Source: Spirochaetia bacterium (GTDB lineage: Bacteria; Spirochaetota; Spirochaetia; SP-2023). Taken from it: a stretch of DNA of 64,000 bases. The stretch spans positions 32,001 to 96,000 of the forward strand of contig OZ253665.1 in assembly GCA_965263295.1 (NCBI GenBank), given 5' to 3'. This document shows positions 27,830-40,234 of the stretch, one piece after another. The notes below the pieces were generated by a model. That model ran no database searches. It saw nothing but the letters and a program-made list of their open reading frames with translations, and was not told the DNA's origin. The position numbers were made by a program, and so were the translations under genes. Every line of letters begins with the position of its first letter. Position 1 is the first letter of the stretch.

Positions 27830-29702
27830 TTGGTCGCCAGTTTCCTTTTCTGATGCTGTTAATCTGAACCCTACGGTGAAATTAACAAAGGGTGAGGAAT
27901 ATCCTTTTGTTGACATGAAATCGGTTGATCCAGCTTGGCGTGAAGTCACTTTTAGCGAGCTACGCGCTTTTAAAAGCGGTGGCGCAAAATTTATTCCCAA
28001 AGACACTTTAATGGCACGGATTACTCCATGCCTTGAGAATGGAAAGATTGCTCGCTATCTCCCAGCAGGGAAGAAGGGTGAAGCTTTCGGCTCAACTGAG
28101 TTCATTGTCATTCGCGGCAAAGATGGTGTAACGGATAATGACTTTGCTTATTACTTAACCATGTGGCCGGAATTTAGAGATTTTGCTATCTCCCAAATGA
28201 CAGGGAGTTCCGGAAGACAGAGAGTACCTGTTGATTCGTTGGCAGGTTTTAATTTCAACCTTCCCCCCCTTACCGAACAAAGAGCCATTGCCCATGTTCT
28301 CGGTTCACTGGATGACAAGATCAAACTGAACCGGCGGATGAATGAAACGCTGGAGGCGATGGCGCAGGTGCTGTTTAAAAGCTGGTTTATTGATTTTGAC
28401 CCAGCATTGGATAATGCGATATTAGCCGGTAATCCGATCCCTGATGCACTTGAAGAAAGAGCAGAGATACGACGGGCTATACTGGCTCAAAATCAACCCT
28501 CACCGCCAGCCCCTCTCCCAGAGGTAGAGGGGAGTAATGCTTTGTGCCCTCATCCTCAGTCCTTTTCTCAGAGTGAGAAGGATGCAAATTATAGGGGTGG
28601 GTTTGATTTTTCAGGCTTAGCAGACACTGCCCGAGAATTGAGACAGAAACAAACTCCTGCTGAAAAGGTGATGTGGTCAATGCTTCGTAACCGAAATTTC
28701 ATGGGGCTGAAATTTAGGCGGCAGCATCAGATTGGCGAATACATCGCCGACTTCTACTGCCACGAAGAAAAACTGGTTGTCGAATTGGACGGAAAAATCC
28801 ATGAACAGAAAATCGCAAAAGACCAGAAGCGCAATGCCTATATGCAATCCATAGGGTTAATCGTTTTACGTTTTACAAACGAACAATTCCTCTCGGATCC
28901 AGAAGTCGTGCTAAACGATATTGCCAACGTTTTACAGAAAGAAAAAAGCGAGAAATTGCAGGATCACAATAGCTCCTCTCCCACTGGGAGAGGCGGGAGT
29001 GAGGGATTTTCGGATTCCATCCGAAAATTATTCCCCTCCGAATTTGAACACACCGAAGAAATGGGCTGGATTCCGAAGGAGTGGACCACACAACCTCTGT
29101 ATGAAATAGCAAACTTCATTAATGGTGCTGCTTATAAAAATTTCCATTTCACTGATGAACCGGGGGCACTGCCTGTGGTGAAAATTGCTGAAATCAAGAA
29201 TGGTGTGTCTGCTCAGACTAAGTTCACCAAAACAGAGCTTGCAGATAAATATCGAATTGATGACGGTGACATTCTTTTCTCGTGGTCTGGAAATCCAGAT
29301 ACTTCTATTGATACCTTCGTGTGGACTGGTGGCCCAGGGTGGCTGAATCAACACATTTTCAATGTCTCATTGAACGATGATGCTGATAGAAATTTTGTTT
29401 ACTATCAACTCAAGCTTTTGAGGCCAGATTTTGCAGAAATCGCACGCAACAAGCAGACGACAGGTTTAGGCCATGTAACAGCTCAAGATATGAAGAGAAT
29501 GCACGTCACCAAATGCCCATCTTCAATCTTGCAGGCTTTTAACACTTATGCTGGCTCGCTATTCGATAGATGGTATTCAAACTTATTGGCTATCAAGAAT
29601 AAATCCAAGCTTCGCGACACCCTTCTCCCCAAACTTTTATCCGGCGAGATACGGATACCCGAAGCGGAAAAGCTGATAAAAAGTGTGAATGGTGAAGGGT
29701 AA
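27819..29702 (+). CDS. hsdS: Type I R-M specificity subunit with an in-frame DUF559 endonuclease insertion
   Basis: Two TRDs and conserved helices ([30 protein letters not shown]); inserted [40 protein letters not shown]. Confidence 0.92.
   Translation: MENNWSPVSFSDAVNLNPTVKLTKGEEYPFVDMKSVDPAWREVTFSELRAFKSGGAKFIPKDTLMARITPCLENGKIARYLPAGKKGEAFGSTEFIVIRGKDGVTDNDFAYYLTMWPEFRDFAISQMTGSSGRQRVPVDSLAGFNFNLPPLTEQRAIAHVLGSLDDKIKLNRRMNETLEAMAQVLFKSWFIDFDPALDNAILAGNPIPDALEERAEIRRAILAQNQPSPPAPLPEVEGSNALCPHPQSFSQSEKDANYRGGFDFSGLADTARELRQKQTPAEKVMWSMLRNRNFMGLKFRRQHQIGEYIADFYCHEEKLVVELDGKIHEQKIAKDQKRNAYMQSIGLIVLRFTNEQFLSDPEVVLNDIANVLQKEKSEKLQDHNSSSPTGRGGSEGFSDSIRKLFPSEFEHTEEMGWIPKEWTTQPLYEIANFINGAAYKNFHFTDEPGALPVVKIAEIKNGVSAQTKFTKTELADKYRIDDGDILFSWSGNPDTSIDTFVWTGGPGWLNQHIFNVSLNDDADRNFVYYQLKLLRPDFAEIARNKQTTGLGHVTAQDMKRMHVTKCPSSILQAFNTYAGSLFDRWYSNLLAIKNKSKLRDTLLPKLLSGEIRIPEAEKLIKSVNGEG
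28497..29005 (+). mobile_element. DUF559 cassette flanked by REP-like palindromic repeats
   Basis: Left ccctcaccgccagcccctctcccagaggtagaggggag (28497-28534) plus a degenerate copy (28547-28582); right, inverted, ctcctctcccactgggagaggcgggagtgaggg (to 29005). Confidence 0.8.
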
Positions 29703-29713
29703 AGGGTGAAAAT

Positions 29714-30043
29714 ATGAAGCGAGATTTACCAGACAGAACCAAAGAGTTTGCCTTGCGGGTTATCCGCCTTTGTCAGGTTTTGGATGAAAAGCCGGGTATT
29801 AACCGAGCACTTGCGAAACAGTTATTACGCTCTGGAACATCTATTGGAGCGAATGTCGCAGAAATGGGTGAAATTGACAGTGCATCTTTCTCATTTCGTT
29901 ACGATGGCGATTGGAGTAAGGGTGAATACTGGATCGGCTATGATAACCTGAAAAACGATTTTAACTGGTTTTTTGACGGGCTAGAAAAAGCCTATCATCT
30001 GGTTTTAAAAAATCAGGGAAAACAGACAGGGGTGAAGCAATGA
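29714..30043 (+). pseudogene. Chimeric ORF: four-helix-bundle (23S IVP-like) N-terminal half fused to an unrelated C-terminal fragment
   Basis: RTKEFALRVIRL...KQLLRSGTSIGANVAE, then an abrupt switch to IDSASFSFRY...; preceded by 7-bp repeats at 29684-29711. Confidence 0.7.
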
Positions 30044-31356
30044 TTTCTATTGATTCAATACATGATTTTAACTTTGAGCATGTCCCCATAGATTCCTTTT
30101 GGAACACCGGCGTTCAGCGTGAACAGAAAATGCATAGGATACACGCATACCCGGCCAAGTTTCCAGCATTCATCACAAGCAAGGCTCTGGAATATTGGAA
30201 TAGCAATAGCGCCAATCCTCCTGAGCGCATAGCAGATATATTTTGTGGCTGCGGAACCACAGCATTCGAAGCCAGGCGAAATTCGATTGATTTTTGGGGT
30301 TGCGACATAAATCCTGTAGCAACCCTAATTGCAAAAGCTAAGAGCCGCAAATATCAACCCGGTAGACTTCAGAGTTATTATGATAAGATTTTGGATGATT
30401 ACGCAGTATCTCTTCGTGAAGATCGTTATGAAGCGGCTCCTGAACGTTTGCAATATTGGTATTTTAAAGATCAGTACAATGATCTGTCACATTTGAAGGA
30501 TGTTATTTTCTCTGTCACACCGGAAAATAGTGACTACCGACTATTTTTCCTCTGCGCCTTCTCAAACATATTAAAACCGACCTCACGATGGCTGACCAAG
30601 TCTATCAAGCCTCAAGTCGATCCCAACAAGAAGCTTCCTAAAGTCATAGATGTGTTTAGAGAACAGTTCAAAATGATGTATTCCGCAAATCAGGAAATAG
30701 AAGATTTGAGCAGCGCGGATTCGAATATTGTGACAGGAAGTTTTTTAAGTGATTCATGGGATGTCCCTTCGGTTGATATGATCATAACAAGTCCCCCTTA
30801 TGTTACATCATATGAATATGCCGATTTACATCAACTTTCATCTCTATGGTTGGGCTACGTCGATGATTACAGGGATTTGAGAAACGGGACAATTGGAAGC
30901 CTTCACCACGACTATAACTTCAACAAGGAATTGAAGAGGCTGAATTCAACTGGGTTGAAAATCGTAACTCTCTTACTGGATCAGCATAAATCAAAGGCGA
31001 GGTCTGTTGCCAAATACTTTCTCGACATGCAGTCGGTTGCTCAAAAGACGTTTTCAATTCTTAATTCGAGTGGAGCAGCATTATTTGTTATCGGAAACAC
31101 AGAATACAAAAACGTGCGAATTGATAATGCCAAGCACCTAGCCGAGTCTCTGTTTGATGCAGGCTTTTCTTCCGTGAATGTAACCAAACGGAAAATAAGC
31201 AATAAAATCCTGACTCCTTACAGGGATAAACGCGGCAAGTTTACGACCAATGCGGCCGGACGGAAAGTGTACAGTGAAGAGTTTATAATTATCGGGAGAA
31301 AATTAATATGGAACAGAAAAAACAACTTCAAATCAGGCCCTATGCCCGACTGCTGA
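30040..31356 (+). CDS. DNA methyltransferase, probably N4-cytosine (alpha motif order)
   Basis: IHAYPAKFP, motif I DIFCGCGTT, motif IV ITSPPY. Confidence 0.88.
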   Translation: MISIDSIHDFNFEHVPIDSFWNTGVQREQKMHRIHAYPAKFPAFITSKALEYWNSNSANPPERIADIFCGCGTTAFEARRNSIDFWGCDINPVATLIAKAKSRKYQPGRLQSYYDKILDDYAVSLREDRYEAAPERLQYWYFKDQYNDLSHLKDVIFSVTPENSDYRLFFLCAFSNILKPTSRWLTKSIKPQVDPNKKLPKVIDVFREQFKMMYSANQEIEDLSSADSNIVTGSFLSDSWDVPSVDMIITSPPYVTSYEYADLHQLSSLWLGYVDDYRDLRNGTIGSLHHDYNFNKELKRLNSTGLKIVTLLLDQHKSKARSVAKYFLDMQSVAQKTFSILNSSGAALFVIGNTEYKNVRIDNAKHLAESLFDAGFSSVNVTKRKISNKILTPYRDKRGKFTTNAAGRKVYSEEFIIIGRKLIWNRKNNFKSGPMPDC

Positions 31357-33533
31357 CAATGTTGGGTGAGCAGCTGATTAAAAACGAAAGAATCGCCCTC
31401 ATCGAGCTGATTAAGAATTCTTACGATGCGGATGCAGGTTGGGTAAAAGTGACTTTTCAGGGATTCGGCAATAACTACAAAATTGAAGAGGGATCTAAAA
31501 TCATTATTGAAGACAATGGTCACGGTATGAGTCAGGATCTGATTGAAAATCACTGGCTTAACCCGGCAACCCCTGAAAAGAAGCGCAGAAAAAAGACGAA
31601 AGATACGACCAGCAAAGGCAGGATCATACAAGGTGAAAAAGGTATCGGGCGCTTTGCCATCCTCAAGCTAGGGCGGCGGATAGAAATTATCAGCAAGACA
31701 AACGAGGATCTGCAGGAACACCATATTTCGTATGATTTCTCACGATATGATGACGATTTTCTTTCGGAAAACGGTGATGAAAAAGATCTGTACATTGACG
31801 ATCTAAGGGTGACGCTTTTAAACCGCAATCCCCAAAGAATAGTCCCCTCAGAACTTACATTCGGTTCCCGAAAAAAAGAGAGGCTAAACCATGGCACCAT
31901 CATTGAGATAAGCGACCTAAAGGGAAGCTGGACAGAAAAGAAGGTCGAATCGGTTTACAGAGATCTAACCAAGCTGGAGTCGATATTTTTGAAAAGAGAA
32001 AATATTGACTTTGAAGTCGGCATATACCAGGATGAAGAACACCAGAATTTTCAGGAAGACTATCTTGAAAAACTGAACCTCCTTTTAAGTGACCAATCGG
32101 TGATCAAAATTGAGAATGGATGTTTTGACTCCGAGAAAAAAGAATATCGCTTCACAATAAATGGCGTTGAAAAAGCCATCAGTATTCTTGACCCGTCCAT
32201 CACCGGCCTGAAGGTGTTTAAGGATAGGTTTGGGAACGCAGGTTCAGAATTAAATGACAGAAAAATTGAATGCGGAAGCTTCGACTTCAGATTTTATGTT
32301 TTTGACTTCAGCGCACAGGCTCCGGTCAAGCATCAACTGGATAAAGAGGACAAGCTGATCATCAGGGATCACAGAATCTACCTCTACAGAGACAATATTC
32401 GAGTTTACCCCTATGGGGAACCAGATGACGACTGGCTCCGTATTGATGCGTACCGAGGCACCATAAGCGCAGGACATTTCCTTAGTAACGATCAAGTCGT
32501 TGGATTTGTGAATATCTCGCAGAAGAAAAATCCAAATCTGAAAGATAAAACCAATCGTGAAGGTTTAATTGATGAAGGGAATGCCACTGAAGATTTCATA
32601 ACACTGCTTCAATCCTTTTTGGCCTATATCCGACAAAAGCCATATGCCCGCTACCGTAAGGATATCGAGAACAAAAAGGATCAGGACATTTTTATCATTG
32701 GTCAGGTGCAAAAGGAGTTTAATGAATTGAAGTCTGCTGTCGGTGACAACAAGGCAGCTCTAAATATTCTGTCCAAGGCCGAAAATGAATATAAGGCTGA
32801 AAGGCGCTATTTGACAAGAAGAGCCGAGACAACGGAAGAGCTGGCAGGAGTTGGATTGTCCGTTGAAACGGCGTCCCACGATATTATGGGCATTATGGGA
32901 AAAGTATTTACTAACCTTGATGGGCTTATCCGCGACCTTATGTCTACAGATGAGATTGACAAAGAGGAGCTGCGGAAAGAACTCCAGTCAATAAGAGGAG
33001 GAATGAGTTTCATTGAGGCTCAGCTTAAAGACATTCAGCTTATCTTCAAATCATCAAAACAGCGTCGAAAATCCATCCGCGTAAAAGAAATTGTGGAGAA
33101 AGTTGAGCGTATATACCGTAGACTCTTAAAAAAGGAAGCCATTCAGTTCACAATTAATTCCCTTGGTTCTCCGCTCGTGGCCAAGACCACTGATGCGGTT
33201 CTTTTACAGCTCTTCCTTAACTTGTTTGACAATGCAGTCTACTGGTTACAGCAAACCTCGAAATCTGACAAGAGAATTGAAATCCTGCTGGATGGTAATA
33301 AATGCAGAATGATTTTCTCTGATAACGGTCCCGGCATAGACAAATATGATGCGCCTTATATTTTTGAACCCTTTTATTCCGGCAAGGGGGACGAAGGACG
33401 CGGACTCGGACTATACATAGCCAGACAGCTACTTGAGCGTAACGAATACTCAATCGAGCTGGCTGAAATAAAATCAGAAAAGCCTCTATCAGGAGCCAAC
33501 TTTGTCATCAACCTCTTTGCGGAGGAAAAATAA
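31308..33533 (+). CDS. GHKL (MORC/Hsp90-like) ATPase fused to a histidine kinase
   Basis: N-terminal ELIKNSYDADA, DNGHGM, GEKGIGRFA; C-terminal H-box ASHDI, NLFDNAVYW, DNGPGI, IFEPF, GRGLGLYI. Confidence 0.9.
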   Translation: MEQKKQLQIRPYARLLTMLGEQLIKNERIALIELIKNSYDADAGWVKVTFQGFGNNYKIEEGSKIIIEDNGHGMSQDLIENHWLNPATPEKKRRKKTKDTTSKGRIIQGEKGIGRFAILKLGRRIEIISKTNEDLQEHHISYDFSRYDDDFLSENGDEKDLYIDDLRVTLLNRNPQRIVPSELTFGSRKKERLNHGTIIEISDLKGSWTEKKVESVYRDLTKLESIFLKRENIDFEVGIYQDEEHQNFQEDYLEKLNLLLSDQSVIKIENGCFDSEKKEYRFTINGVEKAISILDPSITGLKVFKDRFGNAGSELNDRKIECGSFDFRFYVFDFSAQAPVKHQLDKEDKLIIRDHRIYLYRDNIRVYPYGEPDDDWLRIDAYRGTISAGHFLSNDQVVGFVNISQKKNPNLKDKTNREGLIDEGNATEDFITLLQSFLAYIRQKPYARYRKDIENKKDQDIFIIGQVQKEFNELKSAVGDNKAALNILSKAENEYKAERRYLTRRAETTEELAGVGLSVETASHDIMGIMGKVFTNLDGLIRDLMSTDEIDKEELRKELQSIRGGMSFIEAQLKDIQLIFKSSKQRRKSIRVKEIVEKVERIYRRLLKKEAIQFTINSLGSPLVAKTTDAVLLQLFLNLFDNAVYWLQQTSKSDKRIEILLDGNKCRMIFSDNGPGIDKYDAPYIFEPFYSGKGDEGRGLGLYIARQLLERNEYSIELAEIKSEKPLSGANFVINLFAEEK

Positions 33534-33538
33534 TTAAC

Positions 33539-34801
33539 ATGGAAGAGTTATTCAGCGGTGTAGCCGTGGTCATTGATGATGAAGTTAATGATTCGAGTGC
33601 AAATATTAACAAAATCATTTCACAGATTGAAGCGGCAAAAATTCCTGTATTAAAATACACCTCATTGCCTGACGGCGATATTGTTGGCCATTTTCAAAAC
33701 CTGTCATTCTTGTTGTTAGACTGGAAATTGATAAAGGATAATGTGTCAAATGAAGAGCTCGAGGAAGGAATAACGATACCTGACGGGCTTCAGGAATATG
33801 ATGCGACAGAAAACTTGGCGTTTATAGAAAGTCTGAATCAAAATTGTTTTTGCCCAGTGTTTCTTTTTACGAATGAAGACACTTCTTCTATTGACGCCAA
33901 ACTGAAAGAAAAAGGCTTGGTAGCCGATGACAGGCTATCAAACCTATTTGTTCAATCTAAGTCAGACCTTCAGGATGAGGGAACGCTTTTTAATAAAGTA
34001 TCTGAGTGGCTCAAGGAAACTCCATCAATATATGTCTTGAAGGAGTGGGAAAAAGAGTACCAGAGATGTAAAACAAAATTGTTTTCCGAGCTGCATTCTA
34101 TAAACCCATCATGGCCTACAATTATGTGGAAAAATTTTGAAGCAGACGGAGCAAACAAATCACTTGAGATGGGCGAACTCATTTCACGGAACCTTCATTC
34201 AAGAATGACTCCATTTGAGTTTAAAAATGACATTTTGGACAAAGAATACAATGTGCCCAGAGATGAATTGAGAAAGGTTCTTGAAGGTGAGCGCTTTTTG
34301 AAAGCTACGAGTCTCCACGATGAAGATATAGGCACTGGTGATCTGTTTAAAGAAAAGTATCAGGACAATGGGGAAACAAAGGTTCGTTATTATCTGAATA
34401 TAAGAGCGCAGTGTGATTTACTGCGAAGCAGCAACTCAGACAAGGTGGAATTGTACTGTCTGAAAGGTAGAATTATTGACGAAACAACCATTAATGGAGA
34501 GGGAGGACTTTCCGTTGTTGAAGGTCAATTTATCGAAAAGATAAATAACTCAGTGGTTCCTTTTTTGGATGGCGGACAAATTATTGAATTTCTTTTTCGT
34601 GATATAAAGCCTCAAAAATGGAAAGATCTCAAAGGCAAACGAGTTGGCCGTTTGCTCCCTCCATACATCAATAGAATTCAGCAGCGTTACTCATTGTATA
34701 TGCAACGTCAGGGGCTCCCCCGGATACCAGATGCTGCGATTTTTGAAGCTGCATCAACGACAGGAGGAGCCAATGGGCAATATGACAGAAAACATTCTTG
34801 A
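33539..34801 (+). CDS. Receiver-domain protein with an uncharacterised C-terminal domain
   Basis: VVIDDE, LLLDW (phospho-acceptor position), FLFT; C-terminal QCDL and R.GLP motifs; no HTH output domain seen. Confidence 0.75.
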   Translation: MEELFSGVAVVIDDEVNDSSANINKIISQIEAAKIPVLKYTSLPDGDIVGHFQNLSFLLLDWKLIKDNVSNEELEEGITIPDGLQEYDATENLAFIESLNQNCFCPVFLFTNEDTSSIDAKLKEKGLVADDRLSNLFVQSKSDLQDEGTLFNKVSEWLKETPSIYVLKEWEKEYQRCKTKLFSELHSINPSWPTIMWKNFEADGANKSLEMGELISRNLHSRMTPFEFKNDILDKEYNVPRDELRKVLEGERFLKATSLHDEDIGTGDLFKEKYQDNGETKVRYYLNIRAQCDLLRSSNSDKVELYCLKGRIIDETTINGEGGLSVVEGQFIEKINNSVVPFLDGGQIIEFLFRDIKPQKWKDLKGKRVGRLLPPYINRIQQRYSLYMQRQGLPRIPDAAIFEAASTTGGANGQYDRKHS

Positions 34802-37800
34802 GGCAACATGCCTGTACTGGCTTGAAGAACTGGGATGGAGCACAGTTCACGGTCCGGATATTGCTCCGGACACACCTGATGCTGAACGCGATAGCTACTC
34901 TGAAGTTATCCTGAAAGAGCGTCTCAGAACTGCTCTCTCTCAAATCAATCCTGACCTTCCCGCTGTCGGCATTGAGGAAGCTGTCAAAAAATTGCTCGTG
35001 ACAGATTCCCCGGACCTTCTTGTCAACAATAGGAATTTTCATCGCCTTTTGACAGATGGTGTCGATGTTGAAGTGCCGTCAAATGACGAATACGTTGGCA
35101 CAAGGCATCTGAAGGTCTGGCTGGTTGATATTGATGACATTGAAAACAATGACTGGTTGGCATTGAATCAGCTCACTGTCATTGAAAAATCGGCTGCCGG
35201 ACAGTTTGAAGTAAACCGCCGCGCTGATGTTGTACTTTATCTCAATGGCATACCAGTAGCAGTGCTTGAGCTGAAGAACCCTGGCGACGAGAATGCCACC
35301 ATTAAGCATGCGTTCAATCAGCTCCAGACATATAAGAAGGATATCCCGTCACTTTTCACTACAAATGAGTTGTTGGTGATCTCCGATGGAATATTGGCAC
35401 GCTCGGGAACGTTGACCAGCGGGTGGGACCGCTACATGCCTTGGCGAACGGTTTCCGGCGAAGAAGTTGCCCCTAAAGGCACCCCAGAGCTGGAAACGCT
35501 GGTGCGTGGTCTTTTTGAAAAACGCTACTTCCTTGATTATATTATTAACTTCGTGGTTTTCGAAGATGATGCTTCAAAGCTGATTAAAAAGGCTGCGGCC
35601 TATCATCAATATTGGGCTGTGAATAAAGCTCTCGCCTGTACGCTTTCTGCCTGCGGGATCGAAGGTGATCCGACAAAGCTGATTGGCCGTTTCCCATCTG
35701 AACAAGATTCCTTGGAAGTAAGGGAAAGCTCTCCCGTCTACGGCAAATGCTCCAAGCATTTTGATAGCAAAAGGATTGGCGTTGTCTGGCATACCCAGGG
35801 CAGCGGAAAAAGCCTTTCCATGACCTTTTACTCTGGCAAGGTTGTCCGACACCCGGACATGGGGAATCCGACCTTGGTTATCATTACCGACCGGAACGAT
35901 CTGGATGATCAACTCTTCGGGACATTTGCCAACTGCAAAGATCTTCTTCGGCAATCTCCGATTCAGGCCGGAAACAGATCACACCTCAGGGAACTGTTGA
36001 AGGTAGCCTCCGGTGGCATTGTATTTACGACGATTCAGAAATTTATGCCGGACGAACGTGGTGATGTACACCCGCTACTGTCGGACCGTAATAATATTGT
36101 GGTGATTGCGGATGAAGCGCACCGAAGTCAATATGACTTCATTGATGGGTTTGCAAGGCACCTGCATGATGCTTTGCCGAATGCTTCATTTATCGGTTTC
36201 ACTGGTACGCCTATTGAAAGTGATGACAGAAGCACTCCTGCTGTTTTCGGTGACTACATTGATAAATACGACATTCTCCGTGCTGTTGAGGATGGTGCAA
36301 CAGTTCCGATTTATTATGAAAGCCGTCTTGCCCGAATTGAACTGAGCGAAGCCCAACTCTCGGAAATCGACCCCGAGTTTGAGCAAATTACAGAAGCCGA
36401 GGAAGAAACGGGCAAGCAGAAGCTCAAAACGAAATGGGCAGCCCTTGAAGCCATGGTTGGAGCTGATGACCGTATCAAATTGGTTGTTCGGGATTTGGTT
36501 GCTCACTTTGAGAAGAGATTGGATACGATGGATGGCAAGGCCATGATTGTATGCATGAGCCGCCGTATTTGTGTGGATATCTATAATGCCCTCAAAGAAA
36601 TCAGGCCAGATTGGCATAGCGAGGATGAGTCTGAAGGTTTTATGAAAATCGTGATGTCCGGCTCAGCCTCGGATCATATCGACTGGCAGCCGCATATCCG
36701 TAACAAGGCCGGACGAGAGGATTTGGCCAAGAGATTTAAAGACCCGAGCAACGGACTCAAATTGGTTATTGTCCGCGATATGTGGCTCACTGGATTTGAT
36801 TGCCCAAGCATGCATACCATGTATATCGATAAACCGATGAGCGGGCATAACCTGATGCAGGCTATTGCCCGTGTAAACCGTGTGTTCAGAGATAAACCCG
36901 GCGGACTCGTTGTTGACTATATCGGTTTGGCGGATTCACTGAAAAGAGCCCTTGCCAATTACACAGCCAGCGGCGGTAAAGGTGATGCCACTGTTGATCA
37001 GGAGCAGGCAGCGGCTGTACTCATGGAAAAATACGAAGTCGTGCGTGATATGATGCATGGGTTTGATTATCGCGCTGTCATTGAAGATATCCCGGCCAAA
37101 AGAATATCCGGAATAACTCAGGCAATGGAGTTCATTCTTGGTCAAGATGATGGCAAGAAGCGTTATCTCCCGGCGGTATCCGCATTAACAAAAGCATTTG
37201 CTCTGGCTGTCCCACATGAAAAGGCGATTCAAATTCGGGATGAAGTCGGCTTCTTTCAGGAAGTCAGGGCTGCACTTGTTAAAACAACGGGTGATGAACA
37301 AGGCCGGACACCGGATGAAATAGATTCGGCAATCAAGCAGCTTGTTTCAAGGGCTGTTGCTTCAACAGAAGTCGTTGATATCTTTGAGGCTGCCGGTATG
37401 AACAAACCGGACATCTCCATTTTGTCCGATGAGTTTCTGGAAGAAGTTAAAGCTTTGCCCCAAAAAAACCTGGCCCTTGAGCTCCTGAAAAAACTGATAA
37501 ATGATGAAATCAAAACACGTTCCAAAAAGAATGTGATTCAGGCGCGGTCTTTTGCAGAGATGCTGGAGCTGGCCGTTAAGAAATATCAGAACCGTGCCAT
37601 AGAGGCTGCTGAAATCATTCAAGAGCTGATTGAATTGGCTCGGGAGTTACGAAAATCGGAGCAGCGTGGGTACAGTCTCGGGCTGACTGAGGATGAGGTC
37701 GCCTTTTATGATGCCCTCGCCGACAACGGAAGTGCAAAGGATATGATTGGTGACGAAAAACTCCGTACCATAGCACAGCTGTTGGTTGACCGAGTAAAGC

Positions 37801-37970
37801 GCAGTGTCTCAATCGACTGGACTTTACGGGAAAATGCCCGGGCACAGATCCGCGTTATGGTTAAACGAATCCTTCGTCAGTATGGTTATCCGCCTGACTT
37901 GCAGAAGGCTGCTACTGAACTGGTAATCGAACAGGCAGAAGTGCTCTGTAAGGAGTGGAGCGTGGAATGA
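34773..37970 (+). CDS. hsdR: Type I R-M restriction subunit
   Basis: RADVV..NGIP..LELKN nuclease motif, [47 protein letters not shown] before ATG 34773. Confidence 0.96.
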   Translation: MGNMTENILEATCLYWLEELGWSTVHGPDIAPDTPDAERDSYSEVILKERLRTALSQINPDLPAVGIEEAVKKLLVTDSPDLLVNNRNFHRLLTDGVDVEVPSNDEYVGTRHLKVWLVDIDDIENNDWLALNQLTVIEKSAAGQFEVNRRADVVLYLNGIPVAVLELKNPGDENATIKHAFNQLQTYKKDIPSLFTTNELLVISDGILARSGTLTSGWDRYMPWRTVSGEEVAPKGTPELETLVRGLFEKRYFLDYIINFVVFEDDASKLIKKAAAYHQYWAVNKALACTLSACGIEGDPTKLIGRFPSEQDSLEVRESSPVYGKCSKHFDSKRIGVVWHTQGSGKSLSMTFYSGKVVRHPDMGNPTLVIITDRNDLDDQLFGTFANCKDLLRQSPIQAGNRSHLRELLKVASGGIVFTTIQKFMPDERGDVHPLLSDRNNIVVIADEAHRSQYDFIDGFARHLHDALPNASFIGFTGTPIESDDRSTPAVFGDYIDKYDILRAVEDGATVPIYYESRLARIELSEAQLSEIDPEFEQITEAEEETGKQKLKTKWAALEAMVGADDRIKLVVRDLVAHFEKRLDTMDGKAMIVCMSRRICVDIYNALKEIRPDWHSEDESEGFMKIVMSGSASDHIDWQPHIRNKAGREDLAKRFKDPSNGLKLVIVRDMWLTGFDCPSMHTMYIDKPMSGHNLMQAIARVNRVFRDKPGGLVVDYIGLADSLKRALANYTASGGKGDATVDQEQAAAVLMEKYEVVRDMMHGFDYRAVIEDIPAKRISGITQAMEFILGQDDGKKRYLPAVSALTKAFALAVPHEKAIQIRDEVGFFQEVRAALVKTTGDEQGRTPDEIDSAIKQLVSRAVASTEVVDIFEAAGMNKPDISILSDEFLEEVKALPQKNLALELLKKLINDEIKTRSKKNVIQARSFAEMLELAVKKYQNRAIEAAEIIQELIELARELRKSEQRGYSLGLTEDEVAFYDALADNGSAKDMIGDEKLRTIAQLLVDRVKRSVSIDWTLRENARAQIRVMVKRILRQYGYPPDLQKAATELVIEQAEVLCKEWSVE

Positions 37971-39004
37971 ATGTTCAAGACGCAGCCATACACATATTGA
38001 AGGACGCTGGAAAGCCTCTCCATGCAAAAGAGATCGCCGAGCGGATTATGGAAGCGGGATTGTGGGTAGCAAAAGGCAAAACGCCGGAGGCCACTGTCAG
38101 TGCCAGCCTTTACTCGGATATTAAAAAGCATTGGGACCAGTCGACCTTTGTGAAAGTTGCGCCTCAGACGTTCTTTCTTCGGGATATTCAGATTGTTGCT
38201 GTTTGCGATGCTAAGGAGCCTGAACCAAGGAACGTGAACCCTTCGGATAATTCGAAGGAGACGTATTCGTTTCTGGATGCTGCAGAAAAGGTGCTGGATC
38301 AGTTTGGTAATCGGAACTCCATGCATTACCGGGAAATTACTGAAAAGGCCATGAATCAGGACTGGTTGAACACCTCCGGCAAGACTCCCGAAGCCACCAT
38401 GAACGCCCAATTGGTGACTGAACTCAAACGGGCAAAAGCCAGCGGTGAGCCCGGCCGGTTTGTTCGAACATCACCCGGCTATTACAGCCTCGTCAAATGG
38501 ATGGGGACCGGCCTGCCGTATCAGATTTCCAAGCACAATCGAGAGATCCGGAAGAAGCTGCTTTCACAGCTGATGGACCTGAACCCGGCTCAATTCGAGG
38601 AGCTGCTTGGACAGCTACTGGCGGAGATGGGCTTTGAAAGCATCGAGGTAACCAAGTACGGCGGCGACGGAGGTATTGATGTCCGGGGCACGCTTCTGAT
38701 CAGTGATGTTGTCCGTATAAAGATGGCTGTTCAGGCCAAACGTTGGAAAGGCAATATCCAGAGCCCGACCGTTCAACAGGTGCGCGGCAGCCTTGGAGCG
38801 CATGAACAGGGATTGATCATTACCACCAGCGACTTCAGCACCGGAGCCATCAAGGAGGCCAATCAGCCGGATAAAACGCCGGTGGGCCTCATGAATGGCG
38901 AACAGCTGGTCACGCTCCTGATGCAATACAACATCGGTGTCCGCCGCATGTCACACGACCTTTTCGAGCTGGAGGAGCTGCCGATAGAAAAGGGAGATGT
39001 ATAG
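37967..39004 (+). CDS. mrr: Mrr-family (Type IV) restriction endonuclease with two HARE-HTH domains
   Basis: Two GKTPEAT-containing winged-HTH repeats; [28 protein letters not shown]. Confidence 0.88.
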   Translation: MNVQDAAIHILKDAGKPLHAKEIAERIMEAGLWVAKGKTPEATVSASLYSDIKKHWDQSTFVKVAPQTFFLRDIQIVAVCDAKEPEPRNVNPSDNSKETYSFLDAAEKVLDQFGNRNSMHYREITEKAMNQDWLNTSGKTPEATMNAQLVTELKRAKASGEPGRFVRTSPGYYSLVKWMGTGLPYQISKHNREIRKKLLSQLMDLNPAQFEELLGQLLAEMGFESIEVTKYGGDGGIDVRGTLLISDVVRIKMAVQAKRWKGNIQSPTVQQVRGSLGAHEQGLIITTSDFSTGAIKEANQPDKTPVGLMNGEQLVTLLMQYNIGVRRMSHDLFELEELPIEKGDV

Positions 39005-40234
39005 ATGGCCTCTCTACTTTCATGGATCGATCATGACTCGAAAGCGAGAGAGCGTACTCTTCGAATCCTTTCTCTTTTTCAGGAAAAGGAAAGCCGTGAC
39101 GAGCTTGGGCTTGGTTCTGTTCGAGACAGCTTTGCTGATCAGTTGTTTCCCGGCACAAGTACAATCCAAACCCGCCTTCGTTACATGCTTTTCGTGCCAT
39201 GGATTTACGATTCATTAGAAGCGAAACGGCTGAACGTGGAGAGCTTTGCCGTTCAGGCTGACAAACTCGAAAGAGATCTTGTACAGCCACTGATGGATTC
39301 GGACGATCAGGCTGGCGTTTTTGGCAAAACAGCAGGAAAGAAACTTAAACGGTTGCCCAGTTCAGTATATTGGGCAGGTCTCGGAGTGTGGGGAATACGC
39401 CTCACTCCATTTTCACAGGACGAATATCACAGGCGTATCAATGAAATTTACCGTCGTAGGAGTGACCTTAAGGCTCTTGAGAAAGATGCCAAATCAAGAG
39501 GCGATGACATAGACATTGAGCAGCGCATGGCCACTCTTAGTTGGCATCCGAGATTACCAGAGCCGCCACAAGACTTTCCTGATACGGTTGACTTTGCTTT
39601 ATCCCGGGAGGAAGCCGAATTCATTCGTGATCGCATCCAGATTGCTTGCCCCAACAGTCTTCTCTCTTTCTTGGCACTGCACTGTGAGTCTGCTGAAACA
39701 AATGCCCCATGGGAACATCCGGATTACGGTAGTTTTTCCGATCGTCATAAAGAACTTCTGACGCATGCGAGGCTTTTCTCCGAAGTGATGCACGGCGCGG
39801 CACTTTCGTATAACGTCCAGCTCGCTAAGCTCCGGAACCATGAGGAACTTATTGAAGAGTATCAATCAAGTTTCAATGATTGGGTGGCAAACCTTCCTTT
39901 GGATGAAATTCTCAATTGGTCGGTTAGCCGACTCTGGGAATTGACCGTCGATCATGGGCACACCATTACACCGCAAACGCGTTCCTTTGTTCAGCACTGG
40001 ATTGAATATACCAGAAAATTTCCAAATAAAATTCTCTCCAATACTGATGCGCTGAACCTGATAAAAAGACGTGAGATGAAACTCAAAGGCACACGCTCAC
40101 GGTTTAAAAATCAAAGAGCGCTCGAACAATGGGGGGGATATTCCGGTGTTGGGAAACTCGTCTACCGGTGGCGGAATGTAAAAGTGCTTTTGAATGACCT
40201 TCATCAAGGTATAAATCGGGAGGGAAGATGCTAA
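39005..40234 (+). CDS. DUF6361-like defence-associated protein
   Basis: SWID, RDELGLGSVRDSFADQLFPGTSTIQTRLRYMLFVPW, LKRLPSSVYWAGL, YRW motifs (recognised from memory). Confidence 0.75.
   Translation: MASLLSWIDHDSKARERTLRILSLFQEKESRDELGLGSVRDSFADQLFPGTSTIQTRLRYMLFVPWIYDSLEAKRLNVESFAVQADKLERDLVQPLMDSDDQAGVFGKTAGKKLKRLPSSVYWAGLGVWGIRLTPFSQDEYHRRINEIYRRRSDLKALEKDAKSRGDDIDIEQRMATLSWHPRLPEPPQDFPDTVDFALSREEAEFIRDRIQIACPNSLLSFLALHCESAETNAPWEHPDYGSFSDRHKELLTHARLFSEVMHGAALSYNVQLAKLRNHEELIEEYQSSFNDWVANLPLDEILNWSVSRLWELTVDHGHTITPQTRSFVQHWIEYTRKFPNKILSNTDALNLIKRREMKLKGTRSRFKNQRALEQWGGYSGVGKLVYRWRNVKVLLNDLHQGINREGRC

Noticed and set aside
31308..31356. 49-bp overlap of MTase and kinase as a functional feature
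   Set aside because: More simply a lost stop near agaaaattaa extending the MTase tail; cannot be resolved without homologues
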